From: Polyangia bacterium
Lineage (GTDB): Bacteria > Myxococcota_A > Polyangia > Fen-1088
Assembly: GCA_036500205.1 (NCBI GenBank)
Contig: DASYCK010000079.1
Location: 40,756-104,755 of the forward strand
Length of the DNA stretch: 64,000 nt
Direction: 5' to 3'
The notes below the pieces were generated by a model that was given only the letters and a program-made list of their open reading frames with translations, was not told the DNA's origin and made no database searches. Positions 8,746 through 15,470 of this stretch are shown here, piece by piece. The translations under genes were made by a program, and so were the position numbers. Every line of letters begins with the position of its first letter. Position 1 is the first letter of the stretch.

Positions 8746-10475
8746 CCGTTTGATTTGCCGTCGCCCGAAGGGTAGCCCGAAAGGTTAGGCGATTGGTTGG
8801 GCGCCTGGGGCGGGCCGCCGACGGGACGGGGATAGTCGGAGCTGACCGCCAGCGGCTTCTGAACGTAGTCGGACGCGCCGCCCAGCCGCCCCTCGCTTCC
8901 GCCACCGTGGTTCCAGGCGGCTTCGCCGCTCAGGCGGCGCTCGCTCGCCCCTTTGCGCAGCCGCTCGCTGGCGCCCATGTACATCCGCTCGCTGGCGCCG
9001 GACAGGCGCAGCTCGCTCGCGCCGATGAAGTAGAGCTCGGACGAGCCGCCCAGACGCAGCTCGCTGCCGCCGCGCCACACCCGCTCGCTCGCGCCGCGCA
9101 TCAGGTGCTCGGAGGCGCCCAGCCCGTTCACCCCGTGGCCCTCGGTGGTGTGAACGATCTGACGCCCCGTCTCCTCGCCCCACGAGCGGTACACCTCCCA
9201 GCGCGAGATCACCGACCGGCTGCGCGTCGCGCCCAGGCCGTGAATCACCACCTGCCACGGGCCGTAGACGACGTGCGTCTTGGCGCCCGCGCGAAACACC
9301 CGCGTGCGCCCCACGGAGGTCTCGCGCACCGGCTCGGGAACCTCGACCGGATACGGGAACGGCCCCTCGCTCCAGGACGTGATCTGGGAGTGCTCTTCCC
9401 AGGTCAGGCGCCCCTCCCCCATCACCACGCCGTCGGTCTTCACCTCTTCCCACTCGCTGTGCCACTCGCTGCGGTGAACGATCGTCTCGCTCTCCGACTC
9501 GACCTGAACGACCGTCTCGACCAGCTCGGGAGGGGGCAAGGCCACCGGCAAGGGGGCGACCACGACGGCGGAGGGGGGCGCGACCACCTCGCCGGGCGCC
9601 GCGTCTCCTGGACGCCCCGGCTTCGCCAGCCAGGCGCGGCGCACCTGACCGTTCGTCAACCGAACCGTCAACCACTCGGGCTCGGTCCAGGCCACCGGCT
9701 CCTTGCGCGGGAACTCGACGCGTCCCGAACGCGCGATCTTGGCGAAGCTGCCATCCTTCGCGAGCAGGCCAATCTCGACGATGGTCTCCGAGCTGGGCTT
9801 GCCGATGGTGAAGAACCACTGGCGGGCGGCCCGGTCCAACCCCTGATCCAGGGTCGAATGGGCGTTCCATCCGTCGAAGATCCGCCCCGTCGTGTCGTAC
9901 AGCCGGAGGTTCAACCAGGCGTCGCCGCCGGCCGAACCCAACGTCTTCCGGGCGCGCTCGAGCGCCTCCTCGGTGACCTCCCAGTAGACGAAAAGTCGAT
10001 CGGGATCGACCGCCATCGCGGTGACGCGATCGCGGCCATATCCCCAGGGGATGTCCTTGGACGGCTCGGCCGTCCCCCCCGCGCCCTTCTGGCGGAGCTC
10101 GAACTTGTGGGCCACCGGAGCGACCGCTTGCCCCGCGGCTTTCTGGTCTGGCGCGCCCTTCTGGGCCTGCCGGCCCGGCTCCGGCTGGCCGGCCTCCTTG
10201 GCGGGGGTCGCCTCGACGCCGGCGCCGGAGAGCAGGTCGCTCCACGCCTTCCACAACCGCTCGACCAGCAGGTCTTTCTTCAGCCGGGAGACGGTGGTCA
10301 ACCCCAGCAGACGCGCGACCTCCAGCAGCTGCCGCTGAGGCAGCTCGGTCAGCGCGGAAACATGGATGTCCTCGGGCGAAGCACCGGCTCGGCCCGCCAG
10401 AAACTGGGTCAGCTCGGCAACGAGACTTTCACTGGTGGTCGGGTTCGCTGACACGGCAACTGGCAGGTTAGCCAT
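8742..10475 (-). CDS. DUF4912-family protein with Rho_N/SAP-like N-terminus and C-terminal GASE octapeptide repeats
   Basis: ORF 8742..10550(-); ATG 10475 (MANLPVAV..) preferred. N-terminal LLEVARLLGLTTVSRLKKDLLVERL. Core DPDRLFVYWEVTEEALERARK, typical of DUF4912. Sits directly upstream of the GH57 gene. Confidence 0.7.
   Translation of the reverse strand: MANLPVAVSANPTTSESLVAELTQFLAGRAGASPEDIHVSALTELPQRQLLEVARLLGLTTVSRLKKDLLVERLWKAWSDLLSGAGVEATPAKEAGQPEPGRQAQKGAPDQKAAGQAVAPVAHKFELRQKGAGGTAEPSKDIPWGYGRDRVTAMAVDPDRLFVYWEVTEEALERARKTLGSAGGDAWLNLRLYDTTGRIFDGWNAHSTLDQGLDRAARQWFFTIGKPSSETIVEIGLLAKDGSFAKIARSGRVEFPRKEPVAWTEPEWLTVRLTNGQVRRAWLAKPGRPGDAAPGEVVAPPSAVVVAPLPVALPPPELVETVVQVESESETIVHRSEWHSEWEEVKTDGVVMGEGRLTWEEHSQITSWSEGPFPYPVEVPEPVRETSVGRTRVFRAGAKTHVVYGPWQVVIHGLGATRSRSVISRWEVYRSWGEETGRQIVHTTEGHGVNGLGASEHLMRGASERVWRGGSELRLGGSSELYFIGASELRLSGASERMYMGASERLRKGASERRLSGEAAWNHGGGSEGRLGGASDYVQKPLAVSSDYPRPVGGPPQAPNQSPNLSGYPSGDGKSNG
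8871..9125 (-). repeat. Coding tandem repeat (24-nt / 8-aa period, about 10 units, motif G-[AGS]-S-E)
   Basis: Protein: GASEHLMR GASERVWR GGSELRLG GSSELYFI GASELRLS GASERMYM GASERLRK GASERRLS ... GGSEGRLG GAS. The DNA shows the recurring block CGCTCGCTGGCGCC. Confidence 0.85.
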
Positions 10476-10589
10476 TCTTGGCGTCGGATGCTGGTAAATT
10501 CTTTGTTTCGAGACTGGCAACATTCCCGACGGTGCCGCGGTCACGCCCACGACGCGCCCAGCGACGAATCACGAAAGGTTTCGTGCATC

Positions 10590-10618
10590 TTGACGATGCC
10601 CGGCAAATCGCCTAGGTA
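10590..10618 (+). promoter_or_regulatory. Candidate sigma-70-type promoter of tRNA-Val
   Basis: TTGACG (10590-10595), 17-nt spacer, TAGGTA (10613-10618), about 15 nt before the mature tRNA 5' end. The perfect 16-bp palindrome CACGAAAGGTTTCGTG (10570-10585) lies just upstream. Confidence 0.5.
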
Positions 10619-10632
10619 AAAGACCGTTTCGA

Positions 10633-10704
10633 GGGCGCTTAACTCAGCGGCAGAGTGCCACCTTCACACGGTGGAAGTCGCAGGTTCAATCCCTGCAGCG
10701 CCCA
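10633..10704 (+). tRNA. tRNA-Val (anticodon CAC)
   Basis: Hand-folded cloverleaf. Acceptor GGGCGCT/AGCGCCC, D arm ACTC-AGCGGCA-GAGT, anticodon arm CCACC-TTCACAC-GGTGG, variable loop AAGTC, T arm GCAGG-TTCAATC-CCTGC, discriminator A. CCA is not encoded. Confidence 0.9.
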
Positions 10705-10715
10705 CAGCCGGAAAA

Positions 10716-11480
10716 ATGCCGACCGCAGCGCCGTACAAGCCGTGGATCCTCGGCGCCGTGGTCACGGGTTCCCTGGTGGTGTGCGGCGTCCTGCTTCGTC
10801 GCGGCGGTCCGGCCAGCGAGCCCCCCGCGACCCCGATGCCCGCGCCGAAAGCGGAGGCCTGGCTCGTCACCAAGCGGGACCTCCAGGCGTCGCAGGCGCA
10901 GAAGGACATCGAGGCCCGGTTCGAAGCTGGGCGCGACGAGGAGACGAAGAATCTGGCGCTGGCGGCCGCCGCGAAGCTGGGCGAGCGGGCCTCCGTCGTC
11001 TGGCTCGCGCACGTGGGCGCCAGCGACCCACGATTCGCCGCCCAGGCCAACCGCGCCCTCGGTCAGTTCACGAACCGAAGCGTGGGACCGGAGCTGGGGG
11101 AGATCGCCACGTCGGACGGCCCCGCCGCGGTCCGGGCCGCCGCCGTCACCGCGCTGGTGGCGACGGGAGATCTGGCGCAGGCGGTCCAGGTCGGCGCCCT
11201 GGTCGCCGACGGCAGCCAGCCGCTCATCGTCAGGCAGGCGGCGGCGAACGCGCTCGGGCAGATGCGGCGCCCCGGCTCGGCGCCCGCGCTGGCGGCGGCG
11301 CTCGAGGGGCTGGGCACCTCGGCCGCGCGCGGGGACCAGCAGCTTCGCGTCTCGATCATTCTGGCGCTGGGCCGCATCGGCACCACCGAGGCGCGCGCGG
11401 CCCTCGACGCGCACGCCCGGCAGAACCTTCCCGACGCCGAACGCACCGTCCTCGAAAACGCCCGGCGGCTACCGCAGTAG
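10716..11480 (+). CDS. Membrane-anchored HEAT-repeat (PBS-lyase-like) protein
   Basis: ORF 10671..11480(+), whose 5' end overlaps the tRNA. ATG 10716 gives MPTAAPYKPWILGAVVTGSLVVCGVLL (TM helix). This is followed by repeated units of the form AVRAAAVTAL / VRQAAANALGQM / RVSIILALGRIG. Confidence 0.6.
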   Translation: MPTAAPYKPWILGAVVTGSLVVCGVLLRRGGPASEPPATPMPAPKAEAWLVTKRDLQASQAQKDIEARFEAGRDEETKNLALAAAAKLGERASVVWLAHVGASDPRFAAQANRALGQFTNRSVGPELGEIATSDGPAAVRAAAVTALVATGDLAQAVQVGALVADGSQPLIVRQAAANALGQMRRPGSAPALAAALEGLGTSAARGDQQLRVSIILALGRIGTTEARAALDAHARQNLPDAERTVLENARRLPQ

Positions 11481-11483
11481 AGC

Positions 11484-12173
11484 TCAGGCGCCGCGCGGCT
11501 GCTCCGCCAGGTGACGCGCCACCACGCCCTCGGCGCCGCGAACGGAGGCCGTGTAGAACCGCGCCCGCAAAAGGTCCCGCGCCTGCTCGTCCAGATCGCC
11601 CGGGCGCCCCAGGGCGGCGCGACGGCGGGCCGCCGCGTGCGACACGATCAACGCCGACGCCACCGACAGGTTCAGGCTGCGCGTCATCCCCAGCATCGGG
11701 ATCGAGAACGGCACGTCGGCCCGCGCGATGGCGTCCGCCGTCAGTCCGGCGTGCTCGTTCCCCACCACGATGGCGGCGGGGCGGGCGAAGTCGAGCTCGT
11801 CGAGCGTGGTCTTGGCGTCGGGGACGGCTGCGTACAGCACGAAGCCGGCGGCGTGCAAGCGCGCTTGCGCGGCGGCGAACGTGGCGTGCCGCTCGACGTC
11901 CATCCACTTCTCGCACCCCTGGCTCACGTCGGCCGAGAAGCGGAACCGCTCGGCCGCCTCGACGACGTGCACCGTTTGCAATCCGAACGCCTCGGCGCTG
12001 CGCAACACCGCCGCGCCGTTGCGCGGATCGTGCAGGTTCTCGACCAGCACCGTCAGGCCGGACAGGCGCGCCTCGATGATGGCGTCGATGCGGCGGCGCC
12101 GCTCCTCGCCCAGCAAAGGCGCCAGCGCCTCGCAGATGGCATGAGGCTCGGCGGCCCGCGCTCGTTCGGTCAT
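11484..12173 (-). CDS. SpoU/TrmH-family RNA 2'-O-methyltransferase
   Basis: ATG 12173 (MTERARAA..) overlaps the upstream TGA (ATGA). Motifs IVVGNEHAGL and IPMLGMTRSLNLSVASAL (SPOUT knot). Confidence 0.8.
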   Translation of the reverse strand: MTERARAAEPHAICEALAPLLGEERRRRIDAIIEARLSGLTVLVENLHDPRNGAAVLRSAEAFGLQTVHVVEAAERFRFSADVSQGCEKWMDVERHATFAAAQARLHAAGFVLYAAVPDAKTTLDELDFARPAAIVVGNEHAGLTADAIARADVPFSIPMLGMTRSLNLSVASALIVSHAAARRRAALGRPGDLDEQARDLLRARFYTASVRGAEGVVARHLAEQPRGA

Positions 12174-14575
12174 GGGCGCCGCGCCGCCTTCCCCGCGCGC
12201 GCGCGCTTTCCCTCCTTGGCTTGCGAGAACAAGCGGCGAAGCTTGCCCACGGGCAGCGGCCCGTCTCCCTCGGCGTCGGCGTCGCCGTCGAGCGCGTCGC
12301 CTTCGGCGGGGACCTCCGGCTCGGGGCGAGCGGTCATCTTCTTCACCCAGTCGAGACACTGCCGTTCGTTCATCTCCGATTCGCTGCGATCGAAGACCAA
12401 CTTCTGGCCTTGCGCGGCGGCGAAGTCCTCGTCGCTGATCCGCCCCCGTTCATGGACCTTGGCCAGGATGCGATGCAGGTAGCGGTCCCACGCGGGCAGC
12501 GGCGCGCCGTGGCAGTACTGGATGTAGCGGCGCTTGGGGCTGGGCAAGATGGACGAGAAGAAGGCCGCCTCGAGGGGCGTCAGCTCGGAGGGCTTCTTGC
12601 CGAAGTAGTGCTGGGTGGCGCGGCCGATGCCGTAGATGCGCGGACCAAACTCGATGGCGTTGAAATACAGTTCCAAGATTCGTTCCTTCGGGACCTCCTG
12701 TTCCAGGTACCACACCAGGAACAGCTCCTGCAGCTTCCGCGACAGCGTCTTCTCCTGGCTGAGCAAGACGTTCTTGACCATCTGCATGGTGATCGACGAC
12801 GCCCCGCCTCGGAAACCGCCCCGCTCCAGGTTGTGCTTCAACGCCGTGCGAAACTCGGACGACACCCAGCCACGATGCTTGAAGAAGCCGTTGTCCTCCG
12901 TGGTGAGGATGGACGCGACGAGAAAAGGCGAGATCTCCTCGTAGGGAACGAAGTCGGGATTCTCGGGCCCCACGATGAAGTCCATCAGCTCGGTGCTGCC
13001 GTCGGCGTGCGAGTCGGGCGCCACCGGCACCTCCACCGATTGCGCGATCGATTCGTTCGACGTCAGCGCCTTCACGTCGGGGGGAACCTTCAACACGCGG
13101 CAGCCGTCGATCCCGATCTTGCCCTTCAGCTCGAGCGCGTCGAGATCGGCGTAGTCGATGCGCGTCGACACATCGGCGCCGAACATCCCTTGCAGCACGA
13201 AGCCCTGCAGGCGCGGCACCACCGCGGCCGGCAAGCTGGCCAGCGCCTTGGCGCAGGGGAGCTTGGGGATCTCCAGCGCCAGCTCGAGCCGGGGACGAAA
13301 GCCCAGCTTCGAGCCGTCGGCGAAGGTCACCGTGCCCGGGCCCAGCTCGACGAAGCCCGAGAGCTTGCCGTGCAGCTCGCCGATGCTCCCTTCCAGGCGA
13401 TCGATCGCCACCCGGCGCGCCGCCGGAAAAGCGGTGCCGCGCAGCACCAGGCCGATGTCGACGTTCCGGATCGGGTCCGACGCCAGCGCGTGATGCTGGA
13501 AGCTGAGCCCGCTGACCCGCATGTTGCCGCCGAACCGCACGGCGCCATCCGCCCAGCTGACGTCGAACGCGGCGTCGACGTTGGTGTCGGCGGGCGACAA
13601 GATCGTCTTCGGCAACACGTCGGCGATCTCTCCGAGCGAGAAGCGCTCCGCCCGTAGCGAAAGCTGCCCGGCGCGCGTTGCGGGGTCGAGCCCGCCGCGC
13701 GCCGTCCACAGCGTCTCGCGCGCGCCGCCGTAGCTGCCGTCGAGATCGACCGTCAGCTCTTCCGCGGGTTTCCCTTCGGCGGGCGCGGCCCGCGCCGTGG
13801 GGAGGATCTTGCCGTGGATGCCCGTCAATGAAAGCTTGGGCAAGGGGGTCGCGAAGCCGCCGTCGATGGTCACCGCCGGATAGCCGCGGGGGCGCAGGCC
13901 GGTCAGCGCCTCGTCGACGGTGAGGACGCCCGCGCCGAACAGTGGCCCGCCGGCGTTGCCCAGCGCCAGCACGCCCCCGATCTTCTCGGCGCGCATGCTG
14001 ACGGAGGTCCCGGGGATCAGCTGGCAACCGAGCTTCTCGATGTCGACGGTCAGCGCCGAGGCGGCATCGTGCAAGCGGACCTTGGCGTTGGTGAGCGTCA
14101 CCGCGGGGAGGCGGGGCTCGGTCGAGGAGGCGGGCGCGGCCGCGGAGGACGCACGCTTCGACCGCAGCGTCGCCATCATCGCCGAGACGTTGTCGTCGTC
14201 GCCCCCCCGCCTCACGTCGAACGTCGCCCCGTCGACCACGATCGTGCCCCGACGAAACAGCGCCGCCGAGAAAGGAATCCGCGCCGTCGCCACGCGCGCC
14301 AGCGGCGCCGATGTGGGCCCCCCCTGCCCCACCCGGATCGAGCGAAAGACGACACCGGTCAGGCCGGCCCGCGCCTCGCCGATGTCGACGTCGACCCCCA
14401 ATCGCTCGCGCAGCAGGCTGGTGGCGCGATGGGCCGCGATGGCGCCCCCCAGGTACGGGTATGCGACGAGCAGCACGAGCGCTGCCCCCACGGCCGCGAC
14501 GGCCCGGGGCCTACGCTGAGTCCAGGCTCGAACAACCGGCACGGTGAAACGCCGTCGGTCGGAACCGGAGGTCAT
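12170..14575 (-). CDS. Large membrane protein with C-terminal GT51 peptidoglycan transglycosylase domain and no transpeptidase domain
   Basis: ORF 12170..14710(-); ATG 14575 (MTSGSDRRRF.., followed by a TM helix). GT51 motifs TTEDNGFFKHRG, GASSITMQMVKN, RKLQELFLVWYLE. The ~550-aa N-terminal region is unassigned and possibly AsmA-like. Confidence 0.75.
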   Translation of the reverse strand: MTSGSDRRRFTVPVVRAWTQRRPRAVAAVGAALVLLVAYPYLGGAIAAHRATSLLRERLGVDVDIGEARAGLTGVVFRSIRVGQGGPTSAPLARVATARIPFSAALFRRGTIVVDGATFDVRRGGDDDNVSAMMATLRSKRASSAAAPASSTEPRLPAVTLTNAKVRLHDAASALTVDIEKLGCQLIPGTSVSMRAEKIGGVLALGNAGGPLFGAGVLTVDEALTGLRPRGYPAVTIDGGFATPLPKLSLTGIHGKILPTARAAPAEGKPAEELTVDLDGSYGGARETLWTARGGLDPATRAGQLSLRAERFSLGEIADVLPKTILSPADTNVDAAFDVSWADGAVRFGGNMRVSGLSFQHHALASDPIRNVDIGLVLRGTAFPAARRVAIDRLEGSIGELHGKLSGFVELGPGTVTFADGSKLGFRPRLELALEIPKLPCAKALASLPAAVVPRLQGFVLQGMFGADVSTRIDYADLDALELKGKIGIDGCRVLKVPPDVKALTSNESIAQSVEVPVAPDSHADGSTELMDFIVGPENPDFVPYEEISPFLVASILTTEDNGFFKHRGWVSSEFRTALKHNLERGGFRGGASSITMQMVKNVLLSQEKTLSRKLQELFLVWYLEQEVPKERILELYFNAIEFGPRIYGIGRATQHYFGKKPSELTPLEAAFFSSILPSPKRRYIQYCHGAPLPAWDRYLHRILAKVHERGRISDEDFAAAQGQKLVFDRSESEMNERQCLDWVKKMTARPEPEVPAEGDALDGDADAEGDGPLPVGKLRRLFSQAKEGKRARAGKAARRP

Positions 14576-14710
14576 CACGGCCGACAATGTAACACCGCAC
14601 GAGGGGGCCAGCGGAGCACGAGTGTCCCAGGCCATCCCCGGGCGGTCCCCCCAGACCGCTCGTCCCCCCGTCAGCAGGCCCGACCCACCGACGCCCCAAT
14701 CGAGCAGCAA

Positions 14711-15382
14711 TCAGGCGGCGCGGGGCATCAGGTGCGCGTGGTTCGCCGTGATCTCGGAGGCGAGGCGGTGGCGGGCATGGTGGAGACGCGACATCACCGT
14801 GCCGATCGGGCAGCGCGCAATCTCCGCGATCGACTGATAGGACTCCCCCTCGAGCTCACGCAGCGCCAGCGCCTGGCGATGGACGGGGGGCAGCGCCTGG
14901 AGCAGACGATGGACCTCGCCGCTGACCTCGGCGGTGCTCACCAGATCCTCGGGGGTTTCCACGACGGCGCTCGGCAATTCATACGCGCCCTCGGCCTCGC
15001 GATCGTCCGCGGCTCGGGAGCCCAGCGCGGCGGCGGGACCTCGGGCGCGGAGGCGGTCGAGGGCCGCGTTCACAACGATGCGATGGATCCAGGTCGACAG
15101 CGCCGCCCGCCCCTCGAAGCGACCGAAGCTGCGCCACACTTTGAGCATCGCTTCCTGCACGACGTCCTCCGCGTCGTCGGGGTTCCGCGTCATGCGCAGC
15201 GCCACCGCGAACATGCGGGGGCGGGCCGCGGCGAGCAGCTCCGGCAACGCCGCGCGCGCCCCACCCGGATCGGCGGCCGCCGGCGCCGCCACCTCCACGA
15301 TCGCCCCTCGGGTGTGGGGCGCTTTTGTCGAGACCAACCGCTCATCCTTCGTCACGGGGCCGAGAACGCTGGGGTTTGTCAT
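14711..15382 (-). CDS. ECF-type RNA polymerase sigma factor
   Basis: ORF 14711..15832(-); ATG 15382. Region 2: DAEDVVQEAMLKVW..WIHRIVVNAALD. Region 4: LPPVHRQALALRELEGESYQSIAEIARCPIGTVMSRLHHAR. The exact start is uncertain. Confidence 0.8.
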   Translation of the reverse strand: MTNPSVLGPVTKDERLVSTKAPHTRGAIVEVAAPAAADPGGARAALPELLAAARPRMFAVALRMTRNPDDAEDVVQEAMLKVWRSFGRFEGRAALSTWIHRIVVNAALDRLRARGPAAALGSRAADDREAEGAYELPSAVVETPEDLVSTAEVSGEVHRLLQALPPVHRQALALRELEGESYQSIAEIARCPIGTVMSRLHHARHRLASEITANHAHLMPRAA

Positions 15383-15470
15383 GGCGAACTGACGCTTGTG
15401 CAAGCGCGATACCGATTGCGCGGCCGCCCAGCCGCGCCTTCGACGGCCTGGTAACATCGTCCGAGACCGG

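Noticed and set aside
8871-9125. Periodic DNA repeats (here and at 20661..20699) as a CRISPR array
   Set aside because: The units are 24 nt and 13 nt, head-to-tail without spacers. The first set lies in frame inside a coding sequence.
10633-10704. tRNA-Val as the border of an integrated genomic island
   Set aside because: I noticed no integrase, transposase or duplicated tRNA 3'-end (att-like) sequence anywhere in the window by eye. The flanking genes are ordinary.
10655-12079. 474-aa plus-strand ORF running through the tRNA, the HEAT gene frame-shifted, and antisense to the SpoU gene
   Set aside because: The composition is extremely Arg/Pro/Gly-rich. The ORF starts inside the tRNA and is incompatible with the better-supported genes.
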